From NCBI GenBank assembly GCA_043228905.1, contig JBHGNT010000001.1:25606001-25670000 (forward strand): a DNA stretch of 64,000 nucleotides, in the 5' to 3' direction. Source of the DNA: Azolla caroliniana (taxonomy: Eukaryota > Plantae > Polypodiophyta). Shown here piece by piece: positions 1 through 13,550 of the stretch (the stretch's first letter is position 1; the number at the start of each line of letters is the position of its first letter). The notes under the pieces are model-generated. The model was not told the DNA's origin. It was given only the letters and a program-made list of their open reading frames with translations, and did no database searches. A program made the translations under genes and the position numbers.

Positions 1-2734
1 ACCGCCGTACTGTATGGTTCGCCGAGTATCACCGGGTGCGAGGACGTCTCCTACACGAAGAAGTGTTGGTCGATCTTGACATCTCCAATCTTGACGTGTA
101 CGTTTGGGCATGCCCCATGCCGCTCTTCCGTAGCACGAATCTTCCACACGTGCTTGGTGTTGATTGGCCACTTCCCTTTCTAATAGAAGTCCATGGACAT
201 CAGGTTAATCTCGGAACCGTGGTCTATCAACACCACTACCAGCTCGTGGACGTCTCCGACCCGAACGGGGGTCTCCATAGTGGCTCTCGCTTAGTGTAAC
301 CTTGAGTAGTGGCTCTCTGCCAACTCGTCTTCTATGGCCACATCCTCCAGGTGCGTCATTCGCACCTCTACTGTCTTCTCTGGCTCCGGCTCCATCGAGA
401 GACGTTTACGCTTCACCAAGTCCACGATGGAATCGTGGAACTCCTTCTTGGCGATCCCGAGCACCTCCCTCAATGACAACTCCACCTTGCTGTCGAGAAT
501 CCGCTCCTCGAGGACCTTCCGTAGGTCCGTCGTCCTTTTTATTTCGGTGCTCAGCCGGTAACCGGTTGGCTTTGCTTTGTCCGCCATGCCGGGATTGCTG
601 GCATCCTTCTTCTTCGGCCCGAACCGGGTCTCATACCGATTCGGGGGTGCGGTTCCACCGGCCTTCCCTGCCTTCTTGTCATCCACCAGAACCTCGTAGT
701 TCTGGCACGTGGCCTCCACGAAGCCGATCTTCTCCTCTATCGGGTCGTCCCACCCGGTAACCTCTCGGATTTGCTTCTCCGCACGGTCCGCTTCTTCCTT
801 CCTCAGTTGTACGTCGGCGAGGCCTTCTATCACCAATGGCCAGAATCTGGAGTCTTCTGTCTTTCGGCCCTCGTCGCTTCCGACCCAAATTTCGGACGAT
901 GCCAAATAGTGGGCGACCTTTGCATGGCGCGCCACTGCTTCTTCCATCAACCTCTTCATTCCACCGTGCCTGAAGTTCATCTCTAGGGGTCTCCGGGTAT
1001 CACCGGTGTGCACCTGCTCGTTCCATAGGTACACCATATCGCTTCTAAGTGCGTCTACAAAATCCGCGCACTCTTTCCGGGCGTGGCTGACCGCATCGTA
1101 CCACATGCACCGCTGCCCAGCCGGAAACCTCCGATCGCGGGACTGTTCGCCGCTATCTATTCGGGCCTGCGTGATCTGGAGATCGCACACCATCTACATC
1201 AACTCTTCTAGAGCTGCTCCTCTGGATGGGCCCTTTGACCATGCCGGTTGAGGTCGAGCCCGTCTCGAGCCAATCCCGGGTTTCCTCCTTTCGTGTCTTC
1301 GAAGGCTCATTGAAATTCCTTGCCGGGACAGGTCTTACCGCCGCTGATCCCTCGTCGCCCCACTCATGCCGTTTTTCAAAACGACCGCAGACTCTCTTCA
1401 CCATGGCCCAGTCGGCGTCAGCCTGTCATCTATCTCTAGCAGGACACCCACCTGATCTCGATCCCGCAAGTCCACCACTTTGACAAACAACAAGACACGA
1501 CTCGTGTCCACCACGACTCTGTCCACTGCCGAGAGCTGCGCGAAGCGTTCCTCAAACTCCCGGAGAAGCGCCGACGCATTCCTCCCCTTTCTGGGGGTCT
1601 CCACCCAATCCATCAAATCTCACTTCAATAGCCGAAGCACATCATCGAGGCCGTCCCTTCGAGGAGCCGCCCCTCAAACTCTTCCCAGGTCCTGCATCTG
1701 GCCTGCACCTCGAGCATCTCTGTGTGAATGCCCGGTGTTGCCACCCGAGGGAATCCGGCCAACCACCTATCTTCCGGAATGTCCCTCATCACCATCTCGG
1801 CTCGGTAGGACTCCAAATAGCTCGTGGCGTTCTTCCCACCGAACTGGCTTATTGTGCCGACAATTGCTTCAATGGCCCTGTCGAGGGCGCTCATGCCCTC
1901 GTGAGCACTTACTATCCGATCGACTACTGCCGCCATGGCTTCAGCAAGCAGTGATCCCCTCATCTTTGACTCCTCTACCGCCTTGCTTCACATCGGGTTC
2001 ACCAAATAATGTCTTGTTGTTCCGCTTTCACGTCGGAAATCAGGCAGGACCGCGTGAGAGAGAAGAAGGAAGAGCGGGAGAAGAGTGCAAGCGTTGAGCC
2101 GGTTAGGCCCGTTTGCAACTGACAACACTTGCCGGTTGAATGAACCACTAATGCATATCCGAGCAAGATGCACACTCGCGTAAAAGAGAGACTCACAGAA
2201 ACACACAGAAAGAGGGAAACAAGATATTTGATTCCAATAACAGTAAAGGTTACAGCGTTTGCAAGATTGCAGCTGGATAGCCAGCGACAAGCCCAACCCA
2301 AACAATCACGCGCCCAAGCACACACATAGTAGAGCCTTTGTCGGAAAGCACACGGGCTTCCGCAAAGCAGAGGCAACCAACTCAGAAAACCTGTAGATAA
2401 CAATGATAGAGGAGGAGAGAGCTTGGTTCCCAGTCCGACAGCACCCCGTCCTTGCCAAAAAAAAAACGTGATCTATTTTCCCTTTTCCCCTTTCCTTTTA
2501 TAGGGCGTTGGGGAGGGACCCTTACATCCTGGTCCCATCACCTTTATTCTCTGTCCCTTCGGACAGAGATCCGCTCCGATTCACTAGCCTATTAATATAT
2601 TCTCCCTAGGATATACACATCACGCCGGCCTATTCCTAGTTATGTACAATGTGTTGGGTTGAGTGCACACGCGTAAGTGTCATTTCACGCGCCGAATTCC
2701 ATGATTCCACCTAAGGCCGGTTTTCTGCACGACA
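1..2734 (-). mobile_element. Family W Ty3/Gypsy, degenerate 5' part (5' LTR 2010-2734, PBS, broken gag-protease), cut by the window edge
   Basis: LTR ends TGTC..GACA. PBS at 1987-2004. ORF fragments 1625-1963, 1398-1616 and 291-1193 match the intact gag at 38866-41019. The IDHGSEIN protease motif lies near 205-230. Confidence 0.9.
1987..2004 (-). promoter_or_regulatory. PBS complementary to tRNA-Trp (1 mismatch)
   Basis: TGGTGAACCCGATGTGAA on minus strand, next to the LTR. Confidence 0.8.
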
Positions 2735-2867
2735 ACGTTTACGTTCTTCTCTCTTTGTCTCTCCCAGGTATACTCTTTGTGTATTAAGCTTCTCCATTAA
2801 ACCTTCATCTTATTCTCTATTGCTATCTGGCTGAGCCGGTTCTGTCTAACGCTTCTGCATGTTAACA
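2735..2867 (+). repeat. 3' fragment of an unrelated LTR ending ..CGCTTCTGCATGTTAACA
   Basis: Resembles the LTR sequences at 22795-23193 and 48828-49295. It is the target of the family W insertion. Confidence 0.55.
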
Positions 2868-5500
2868 ATCACAAATATGACTTAGGCCAATCACTTTATT
2901 GTGTGTTGGTTTTATTGTTGTACAGAGAGTGACAAACAGAGAGGGAGAGAGAAAAATTAAGTATTCTCTGTTATAACCGCCGGTTGGTGAAGACATAGAG
3001 CTCGAGGTCATTTCCTCTGAGTTTCGCATTGTATCATTCCTCTTATAGTGATAGTTGGAGTGGGCTCTCACAAATTTTCCCTATTAGGGTTTTCCATGTT
3101 AACATCTTGTGTATGTCTCATTTCCAGTTTTTGTTTTCTTCCATATAGTGAGTAAGACTTAGTTGTGCTGAGCACTATTCCGCAAAATCTGGTATCAGAG
3201 CGAAGAACAAAGGAAATGGAAGATTCATTTGGCGGCATGTTTAAGTTCCCCGGCTCCAACTACCCAATTTGGAAGTCAACGATGAGGGACATGCTAGTGG
3301 TTAAAGACCTCTGGCTGCTGATACAATTTGGGGACAAGAAACCAGACAAGATCGAGGTTGCGACCTGGGAGGTGATGCACATGAAGACGATGGCATACAT
3401 TCAATGCTTCATCGACATGAGCATGTATAACAACTTCAACGAAGAAAGTAAGGCCCATGTGCTCTGGGAGAAAATCAGTACCATGTTGGAGAGCAAGAAC
3501 GTCATAAATCGGGTTTCGGTATTCTGGAAGTTAGTGAGACTCAGGTACCAAGATGGATCCACCATGGCAGAGCACTTGAATGCATTCCAGGGGTTGATAA
3601 ACCAAACAACCTTGTTGGAAGTACCTCTAGCCAACGAGGTGCTTGTGTTGCTGCTACTCGGTTCCCTCCCAGATAGTTGGGAGACGCTAGTTGTCACCTT
3701 GGGCAACACCGGGACGGAAGCAAAACTGTTGTCCCTAGCAAGGGTAAAATCAAGCTTGCTGGATGAAGAAGCTCATCGAAAGGACCGGGAGTCCGGAACC
3801 GGTCCGAAGGCCTTGGTTACAGAAGACGACCATAATCGGAGAAGAGGCCGGAATCGGAGTCCCCAGAACCGAGACAAATCGGGGACGAGGTTCAAAGTTA
3901 AGGGGGAGGCCCACTTGCTTTTATTGCGGAAAGCCGGGGCATTTCCAAAAGAATTGCCGACACTTCTGGAAGGAAAAAGGAACCAACAAGGTTGACTCAA
4001 AGAAGGGTCCGGACCGGAGAAGTTCGGATAAAAAAGGAACGTTGACAATCGGGACAAGTGAAGAAGAACTGCTACTAATCACTGAGGAGAGTGAGTTGCA
4101 GCTTGTCAGCGACGCCGGAGAGCACGATTTTGTCCAGATGGGAAATGAAGGTGCATGCCAAATTTTCGGTATAGCAGAGGTGTGGTTGACGACGTTAACC
4201 GGGTGCAAGTTGTTGGTGAAAGATGTCTAACATGTTTCGGAGGTTCAGTTAAACCTGATATCAACCGATCGGCTAGATGATGAAGGCTACACGGGTAGTA
4301 ATAAGTATCTAGAACAGAGTCATAATGTTTTGCAGAGGAATCCTGATAGTGGCTCATGCTGGGAAGATCAACACATTGTACCTAATGCATGCCAGATATG
4401 CCGGGAAGAAGTGAACGTGGCATCCGAAAATGCCGGTGAGTTGTGGCACAAGAGGTTGTGTCACATGAGCTAGAAAGGGATGAGAAGACTTGCTGAAGAT
4501 AGCCACATTCCGGAGGTGAAAGACATGCAGCTTGAGAAGTGCACTAATTGCTTGGCCGGCAAGCAAAACCGAACCTCTCTCTAGACCTGACCACCGTCGA
4601 GACGGAATGTACCATTGGAACTTGTGCATACTGATGTATGGAAAATGGACATGAAATCACATGCTAGGTTGCAGTACTTCGTGACGTTCATAGACGACCA
4701 CAACCGGAAGCTGTGGTTCTCACCGCTGAAGACAAAGAACAAGGTATTATCTGTCTTCAAGGAATTCCACGCGAGAGTGGAAAGGGAAACTGGCCGGAAG
4801 CTAAAGGCGGTTTGAGTGGACAACGGAGGAGAATATTGGGGGCAATTCAAGGAGTACTACCAGTCGAAGGGAATCCGGCTCGAATTTACTGTACCGAAGA
4901 CACTAGAACTGAACGGGTTGGCCGAAAAGATGAATCAGACCGTAATGTGGAGAGTTCGCAGTATGCTTGCACATGCCATATTGTCCAAGACATTTTGGGC
5001 TGAGGCACTAATGACAACGACGTACGTGATAGACATATCACCCTCGGCGCCCTTGGAAGGAGACACATTGCAGAAAGTATGGAGCGGTAAAGACGTGTCT
5101 TACCGGCATCTGAAGGTGTTCCGTTGTCTCGCCTACCTGCATGTTGCAAAGGACAAGAGAGCAAAATTGGATCCGAAATCCCAACCATGCATATTCCTTG
5201 TATATGTTGATGATGAATTCAGCTATCGAGTGTGGGACTTGGTCAACAAGAAGGTCTTCTAGAGTCGAGACATAGTCTTCATGGAAGACAAGAACATTAC
5301 TGACTAGGAGTCGGAGAAGATGATAGTGGGCTTCAAGTCGATTGACAGAGATCGGTCAGAAGATACAAGGACTCATCCGGCCGGAAGCCGGATGACACTC
5401 GAAGAACCGGTTGGATTTGGACAAGAAATTGAATCGACCGAAGAAGAAGAAGAATCAGACACCCATCAGCATGACAGTGGACAAGGACGAGATGGTTCAG
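2868..5500 (+). mobile_element. Ty1/Copia remnant 1 (Tnt1/Tork-like): partial 5' LTR, PBS, gag, integrase; protease region deleted; 3' truncated
   Basis: PBS TGGTATCAGAGC at 3190-3201. Copia gag from ATG 3216. Zinc knuckle CFYCGKPGHFQKNC. Integrase motifs LELVHTDV, FIDDH, DNGGEY, NGLAE. Many stops and frameshifts. Right boundary approximate. Confidence 0.88.
3190..3201 (+). promoter_or_regulatory. PBS for tRNA-iMet
   Basis: TGGTATCAGAGC, the canonical plant Copia PBS. Confidence 0.9.
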
Positions 5501-5539
5501 ATCTACATCGGTGGTCTAGCACACCGGAGCGGGCCAATC

Positions 5540-6897
5540 TGCACCTAGGAGAAGTCACCGTCCTTCTTCGACCTGCAATTGATGCTCATGGTCGAAGAAA
5601 ACCAGGTGAATGTTGTACACGGATGCGGATCAGCCCCGTGGGCGTGGAGGACAAGGTGGGTCGCCATGCAATGCAGGCATCTGACAAGAGTAGAACCAAA
5701 GGCACAAAGATTGTGCCGACAACAATTCAGGATCGTCCACAAGCAGGGGGAGTCAAAGTGGCGCCGGAAACTGGCAAGGGAAAGCCGACACAGATGCTGG
5801 TATTGTGGTAAGAAAGGTCACTGGGAGAGCGAGTGTTCGCAAAAGCGCGCCGACTCGGACAAATTTGGATCCGGCAAGACCGGTCGAGTAAGCCGACAAA
5901 GCTCGCACTATGCCAAGGAATCGGAAAAATCCGGTTCTGGAAATGGAACAAACCTAGTCTTTGAGATGAAACACAAGGCTAATTCAATGAAGAAGGTCAC
6001 TTCCGGTTTGAAGGAAGTGTGGTATGTTGACTCCGGAGCGTTAAACCATATGACGAGCCACGAAGAGTAGTTTTCATTCCTCGAAAAACCGGAGCAACCG
6101 AGAGTTTTCGAAACCGGAGATGACACTCCTCATACCATTGAGCACATTGGTGAGGTCCTTCTCAGCCATGTCAGGCAGAAGGGAAAGTTGATGAACGTCC
6201 TACACGTCCCAACAATCACAAAGAATCTCGTGTCAGTCAGACAGATTGTCGATCACGGGATGCGGGTTCGGTTCACGTACCTCGGGTACTTCATCAAAGA
6301 AGAGGGCAAAGTCATCGCACAAGGGCGTCAGGACGGGAGGATGTTCACCAACGACGTAGGCACCACATTGTTTGCAAAAGGACAAAAAGTCGAGTCGGAT
6401 ATCGACTTGTGGCACAAGCAGAACGGCCATGTCAATTACTACAGGCTTCAAGACTTGCAATCGAAACAGGTTGTCTTCGGATTGCCGAAATTCAGTGGCC
6501 GGAAGGCCCAAATAGGTGAAACCTGCCAACTCGGAAGCAACACCGGCTTTTGTTCCCCACCGAAAGAAACCAGAGTTGTAACAAGCTCGATCTAATACAT
6601 TCGGATGTATGGGGACCGACACAGAATGTTAGTCTTGGCGGGAGCTGATATTTCGTCTCCTTCATCGACAACTACAGCCGTCACAAATGGATCTACCTCA
6701 TAGAGACGAAAAGCATGGAAAGGAAAGAAGAAGATACCAGAATACGACACCGGTAGAGATGAGTCGGATCGGAGCGAAATTGAATCCGGAAAAAACGAGG
6801 ACGGACCGTCGAAAACGAAGTTCCAGTTGGAGTCGGCCAAAAGGGCCCTTAAATCGGCTAACAAGAAGTTACATCGATCGACCCACCAAAAGAATCC
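5540..6897 (+). pseudogene. Ty1/Copia remnant 2, left part (zinc knuckle, protease, GAG-pre-integrase, start of integrase, then an internal deletion)
   Basis: CWYCGKKGHWESEC, WYVDSGA, LWHKQNGH and LIHSDVWGP. The sequence resumes at 22580 after two nested insertions. Confidence 0.85.
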
Positions 6898-7326
6898 TGT
6901 TACCGGCTGGCAAAGTAGTCCAGAGTGTGAAATAGAGGAGTTATTTAATTATTAAGGAATGGTTGTAAGTAAGCTATTAGTGTGGACGGACGGACCAGAA
7001 TCGGTATGCCGTTCCGGATCCGGACCGATCCCGAACACGTGCGGATGGCACTGTTTTGTACTACAAACCGGAAACCTATTTAAAGGCCCGAATACAATGT
7101 AATGAGCAGCGGATAATTAATGAAGCTTAGTGTTTTTATCTCTCTGTGTTAATTGGCGTTCTGCATTCATTGTTATATCTTACGCGTGTGATTATTAAGG
7201 ACGATCTTGCTAAGTAACCTATCGGATTAATCGTTGAGCCTAATCCTCTTGCCGTAACACCCCTTTGGTGAAGTGTCTTCCGTAGACACCCTGTGTTAGG
7301 CCATTGTCCGACCCTAAGAGTTAACA
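6898..7326 (+). repeat. 5' LTR of Athila-like element
   Basis: Direct repeat of 16392-16820. Confidence 0.95.
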
Positions 7327-7333
7327 CAGTTTT

Positions 7334-7343
7334 TGGCGACCAC
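7334..7343 (+). promoter_or_regulatory. Probable PBS (tRNA-Arg-like, 10 nt)
   Basis: TGGCGACCAC, 7 nt after the LTR. It matches my recollection of the plant tRNA-Arg(TCG) 3' end. The match is short. Confidence 0.55.
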
Positions 7344-7379
7344 GATTCCTGTTTTTGCAGCGAACGACGGCACGAATGG

Positions 7380-10300
7380 ATGACTAGATCAACGCACGAC
7401 CTGGTTACAGATCGAACTCGACGCCTTGCCGAAAGGCAAAGGAGACGTGAGGCTTTCCAGCAAGCGGCGCAAGAAATTAGAGCGGATTGCTCGTTTTCCT
7501 ACATAATCTGGAGAGTAGTAGAGGAGTCCCTCTGGTTACAGCAAACATCGCACCCGGACGACGGCAACAGTCTAAGCAGCCTCCGGGAAACCGAATCCCT
7601 TCTCCAGGCGTTGGCAAGCGGAGAAGGCGAAGCATAAGCCTTTTCAGTATATGAATCGGATTCCGAAGGGGAATACAGCGTGCACACGAACTACTGTAGC
7701 AGCAACGAAACCCCGGGCGGACCGGAGGACGAAGGATCGGACACCTTACCGACACCGGAACCGGAAGTGCTAAGGCTGGAACCTCCGGAACCAGAAGCAG
7801 AGGAAGAGCGACCTCCGACACCGGAAGTCGAGGAGGAGAGGCCTCCGTCACCAAAAGAAGAGGAAAGACCACCGACGCCGGAGACAAATCAGGAAAGACC
7901 ACCGACGCCAGAGAAAAACCAGGAACGACCACCAACACCACCAGCCCGCGCACCGATACCGGACGACGACATGCCATTCTAGTACTCCAAGTATAGAGAT
8001 GATCCAGACGCGGAAGCTCATGTTCACGCCTTTGAACAGACATGGGAAGCAAACCATGTGTCCCAGCGATTGACCCCGGAGGAAGAGGAATGCTCTAAGA
8101 TAGCGGAATTTGGCGTCACATTGGAGGGACCGGCAACAAGATGGCACCGGACGTAGGACCCGTCTACCATCACCACCTTCGCAGATTTAAAAGCTAAATT
8201 CTTGCATTTTTTCCAAAAGGAGGTGGACCAGATAGTAATGGTGGGCTTGTTTTATACCATCCGACAGGAGGAAGGGGAGAGCATTCCCCAGTTTGTCATC
8301 CGGTTTCAACGGATGCATAGTCAGCTTGCCCGCGCACCCCCGGAGGAGGAATTACGGACTATATTCCTAAATGCGCTCCGGGAACCCCTACGCACGGTTT
8401 GCACGGTAATTGACTTCTGCGCAAGTACCATCGACCAGGTCATTGACTGGGTGAGAGAGATGGAAAAGACAAGCTCCTGGCTCACATTGGGAGCACTCCA
8501 ACGGGCGTTACCGTCCGATGAAGACCTCCGGTTTCGGCAAGCAATACAGTGCACAACCTGCTTGAATTCCGGACACTCGGCACTAGAATGCACGATGAGG
8601 ACGCAATGTGTAATTTGTCAATCCAAGGGCCATACGATGGATAGGTGCGAGTATAATCTATTGAACTGGCAAGCACCACCCGTTCGACAAATAGAGCCAC
8701 GCAACAGCCGGGATGAAGAAGAGGAACGCTGGCGGCGAATGGACCGATACCGATCAGCAAAGGATGTCCGGTATGGCGATCGACGGGAGAATGATGTCCG
8801 GTACGATGATCGGCGGGATAACTACGACCGGCACGATAGAAATGATCGGTACCGGGATTACAATAGACGATACGAACATTACGACCGGGAGCACTCCCCC
8901 GGGTATCGTCAGCAATGGGAGGAATACGGCAGATATAACGACCAACCTCGTCAAGAGTACCGCAATAAGAAGAACTATAACAAAAAACGGCATTTCAAAA
9001 AAGGCGGCCACCCACGGGATCCGGAACAAGGAGCTTCAAGCAGCCAACCGGCCCAAAACCCCGTGCTTACCACGGGACTTGCCTCGAGTACAACAGACAA
9101 TGCCGAATCCAGCAATACCCGAAAAGCCTACTGCTACTACTGCCGACAGGAATGCCATTATAATAATCAATGCCCGGCGAAGAGCTATGACAAACGACCG
9201 ACAGTAAATATGGTAGTCCCTGAAGTGGCAAATCTGCAGCAGGTGACCACAAGGTCGAAGGGCATGGCCAAGGAATGTGAGACGTAGGAGACCATCCGGA
9301 AGCAAGCAACGGAATGGGTGAAGAAAGCAAACGAGCAAAACGTAACAGACTTAGAGCGGCAAAAGGAGAACACCGTAGGGCTTGCCGGCGGCAGTCACTC
9401 CGAGAACGAGACATGGCAGGCATTGCAAGAATGCCAGATTACGCTGCCACTAGGAAGACTCCTACAGTTCGTGCCGAGATTCACGGAAGGACTGAAGACA
9501 GCCATGACGGAAGGAGAATCATCACCGGCACCGGTACTCTTCTCGAATCCGAAGGAGGGACCAATGGTGGTGGACACCAATAGTCTGGTAATTATTGCCA
9601 TTGTAAAAGGGAAAGAATTCCCCGGCACAGTAATAGACAGAGGCTCTGGTGTGAATGTAATAACCCTCCAGACGTGTGATGCCCTCGGAATCCACGAGTG
9701 GGAGCCGTGTCCGTTCTGGTTACGGATGGCCGATACAAGTTCAGTACGGCCGATAGGATTAATACGAAAATTGGAAGTCACCATTGGCGGTCATACATTT
9801 CACATCTCGGCAGTAGTGCTACAATTACAGGCATAAGGTGCGTACTCGCTATTGCTGGGGCGGCCATGGTTGAAAACGGCACATATCAAACAGAATTGGA
9901 GGAAAAATATAATTACCTTCCGGCGAGGAAAAGCCAAGGTACGTGTACCAACACAACCAAGGACGAGCACTGGCAAGGAATGTACACCGTTGTATGCAGA
10001 GTGCGTCAACATGCTAGAAGGGTTAGCTGACGAAGAAGAAGCTCAGTACTTGCAGGAAAACCCGAAGATCGTACCCCTCTTCGAAATTGACATTGCCGAA
10101 GCAGTAGCACCATACTTACTGCAGCCGGAAGAGACTGAACCAGAACCGGATAAGGATGCAATCCGAGAGTTACGGCAAGCGCAGGAAGCATTGGAACGGG
10201 AAATGGCCATTTCATAGCGCATAAAAGCGTCGCAACTTGAAGAGGTGAACCTAGGGACCACGGACGAAGCAAAACCGGTGCACATCGCCAAGGAGATGAA

Positions 10301-13164
10301 GTCCGAAGACAAAACGACGATGATCACACTTCTCACGGAATTTCGCGACGTGTTTGCCTGGTCATACGAAGACATGCGAGGGCTCGACCCTCAGTTATAC
10401 CAGCATCAGATTCACTTGAGCAAGGACGCAAAACCAGTGGCACAAAGACGGTACCGGATGAATCCCAATTATGCCGCCAAAGTCAAGGAGGAAATCGACA
10501 AACTGCTAAGAGTTGGCTTTATCCGTCCGGTAAAGAAAGCGACATGGCTAAGCCCGATCGTAGTTGTACCGAAGAAGAACAGAAAAATTCGAGTTTGTGT
10601 GGACTACCAGAAACTCAATGCGGCTACGGTAACGGATGCGTTTCCACTTCCGTTCACAGATGGAGTGTTGGATGCCGTCGCCGGCCATGAGGTCTATAGC
10701 TTTCTAGACGGATTCAGCGGGTATAATCAGATCCGGATGCACCCCGACGACCAAGAGAAAACGGCTTTCGTCACTGAATGGGGGGTGTTTGTGGTCGTGG
10801 TGATGATGTTCGGACTCAATACGGCACCGGCAACATTCCAACGAATCATCATGGAAATCTTTGGTGAATATATCTCGGCTTTTATGCAGGTTTTCCTTGA
10901 CGATTTCACCGTCTATAGCCGGGAAGAGGACCATTTTCAGCACCTCCGTCTTTGTCTAGAAAAGTGTAGAGCGTACCGGCTAAGCTTGAATCCGGTGAAG
11001 TGTGTATTTGGTGTGTCCAGTGGAACCCTACTAGGACATATTGTGAGCAAGGAAGGCATTGCAGTTGACCCGGACAAAGTGAAAGCCATATTAGAAGCAC
11101 CGGCGCCGGCAACAGCAAAGGCATTGAGCCGGTTCTTAGGCCAGATCCGGTGGCACAGCTGGATGCTCCGATACTTGGCCGACCTGGCTACACCATTGCA
11201 TGCCGCGGTACATCGAACACCATTCCAATGGATGGACACCGAGGATAGGGCGTATAGGGCCGTCAAGGTACTATTGTCACAAGCACTGATAGTGCAGCCT
11301 CCGGATTGGAGTAAAGAATTTCATGTGTTCGTGGATGCCTCCAACATCGCAATCGGAAGCGTACTGATGCAGCTTACGGAGCCAAAGTGTTACCGGCCAG
11401 TGTACTATGCCAGCCGAAAGCTATCCCAAGCAGAACGGAACTACTCTACCACGGAACGGGAAGCTCTAGGGATGATCTACAATGTGACAAAGTTTCGGCA
11501 TTATTTATTGGGAAGGAAGTTTTCCTTCCATGTAGATCATTCGGCACTCCTCTACCTGGTGTCCAAGGCGTCACTCACCGGTAAGTTGGCCCGGTGGACC
11601 TTACTGTTACAGGAATTCGAGTTCGAAATATTCCACCGACCCGGTATATAGCATGCCGTAGCGGATTATTTAAGCCGATTAGAGTCCGGAGAGACGGGCG
11701 ACGGAGTAGCGGACGAGTTTCCAGATGCGGAGCTGTTTCGAGTCACTACGGAAACGGTAGCAGATGAGACGGTGGCACAGGAAGACAAGTGGCTCACAAA
11801 TATGCACCAGTTTCTGAGCACATGACTGCCTCCGGAAGAGATGAACCGGGACGAAAGGAAACGCCTGGCGGTGCAAAGCCGACATTTCTGCTTACTGCGA
11901 GACACACTTTACCACAAGGGCGCGAACGGCATATGGAGACGGGCTGTGCGCAACGATGAAAAGGACCTCATACTGAGGGAAGCCCACTGCGGAGTTGCCG
12001 GAGGTCACTATGCCGGAGATATGGCAAAGTGGCCTATGGTGGCCAACTACATTAAGAGATGTTGTACGGTACGCAAAAGAATGTGACCTATGCCAACGAA
12101 TGGGCTAGCCAACGGAGCAAGCTCAGATGCCACACCAGCCTGTACTACCACTCGAACCATTCCAGAAGTGGGGGTTGGACTTTGTTGAACCGTTCAAACC
12201 ACCGGCAATGAGAACAGGTAATTGGTACGTCATCGTCGCGACGGATTACTGCATGAAATGGGTGGAGGCCAAAGCCTTAAGAGACAACACCGCTGCGTCA
12301 ACGGCAAAATTTCTATACGAATACATCTGGTGCCGTTACGGATGCCCAATCGAATTAATAAGCGACCAAGGGGGGCACTTTCTCGGCCAAGTAGTTGAAA
12401 GCCTGACGACATTCTATGCCGTTGTCCATAAATAGAGCACACCGTACTATCCGCAAGCAAACGAGTTAGTTGAGTCGACGAACAAAATGCTCCAGAATAT
12501 CCTCCGGAAGATTGTCAACGAAAACCGAACGGATTGGGATACCAAGCTACATAGCGCACTTTGGGCATACTGGACAACATACAAAACGAGCATCCGAACA
12601 ACACCATTCCGGTTAGCGTTCAGACTAGAGGCGGTCATGCCGGTGGAATTCCAAGTACCAAGCTTACGGATCCAGCTACGGCTGAACGAGAAGGAGTCGG
12701 AGCCAATACGGTTAACAACGCTGTTTGAACTCGAGGAACAACGACTGGCAAGCATCCTGCACTTGGAATTGGAACAACGGTGACGGAAAGCATTTGTCGA
12801 CCGGCACAGGAAAGGAAATGAAAAAATGTTCGAAATCGGCAAGCTGGTGTTAGTATTTCAGACCCAGATGGGCAAGATGCCGGGTAAACTACGGTTTAGA
12901 TGGACTGGCCCGTATTGGCTGACACGTGAGTATAATGGGTCCTACCAGTTAGGGACACTTGCCGGCGAAGTGCTAGGCAAATGGGTCAACGGATTCAGTT
13001 TGAAGCCATATAGAGGACCGATGCCCAAGAACCCATTTGAGCAAAGGACCGACACCGGATCGGGAACCGGTGAGGAAACGACAACCTGTGAGGGAAACGG
13101 CAACCACCAAGCCGGCAACTGTAATGAGGCCGGTAAGGGTCCGATAGGACCAACGGACAAGTAA
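7380..13164 (+). pseudogene. gag-pol polyprotein (gag, zinc knuckles, protease, RT, RNase H, integrase) with premature stops and a frameshift near 12020
   Basis: ORF pieces at 7293, 7680, 8202, 9318, 9852, 10245 and 11841 share one frame. Motifs: VIDRGSGVN, FLDGFSGYNQI, FLDD, VDAS, WGLDF, ISDQGGHF, RWTGPY. Confidence 0.92.
7745..7950 (+). repeat. Degenerate ~30-bp tandem repeat in gag encoding (E)ERPPTPE
   Basis: About five ERPP[TS]P units in ORF 7680-7982. Confidence 0.8.
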
Positions 13165-13550
13165 CCTCACACTACATTAAAATTTAAAAAAAAAAATAAA
13201 AAGAAAATAAAAAAGCGAAGTAATCATGCAAAAGCGAGGTATGAATGGACGAGAGAGCGAGGAGCGAAAAGGTACGTAGTGGGCATTTAAGCGCCGCCAC
13301 AGGACATAATGCTATTTTAGTACACGACGTGCACACGCTCGAAAAAGGCGCCAGAATGCACAGAGAAAAACCACTGCGCATGGGGACCCTCTACTTTCGC
13401 GAACCCAGGAGCACAGAAGCACCAAGGCATTGGAAGATCATCAGACGAGAACCTACGCACAGAGAACCCCCGCTTTCTGAACTCTCTCTCTCTCACTCTC
13501 ACTCTCATCACCATCCAACCTCGCCACCACAATCCGACCTCGACATAGAC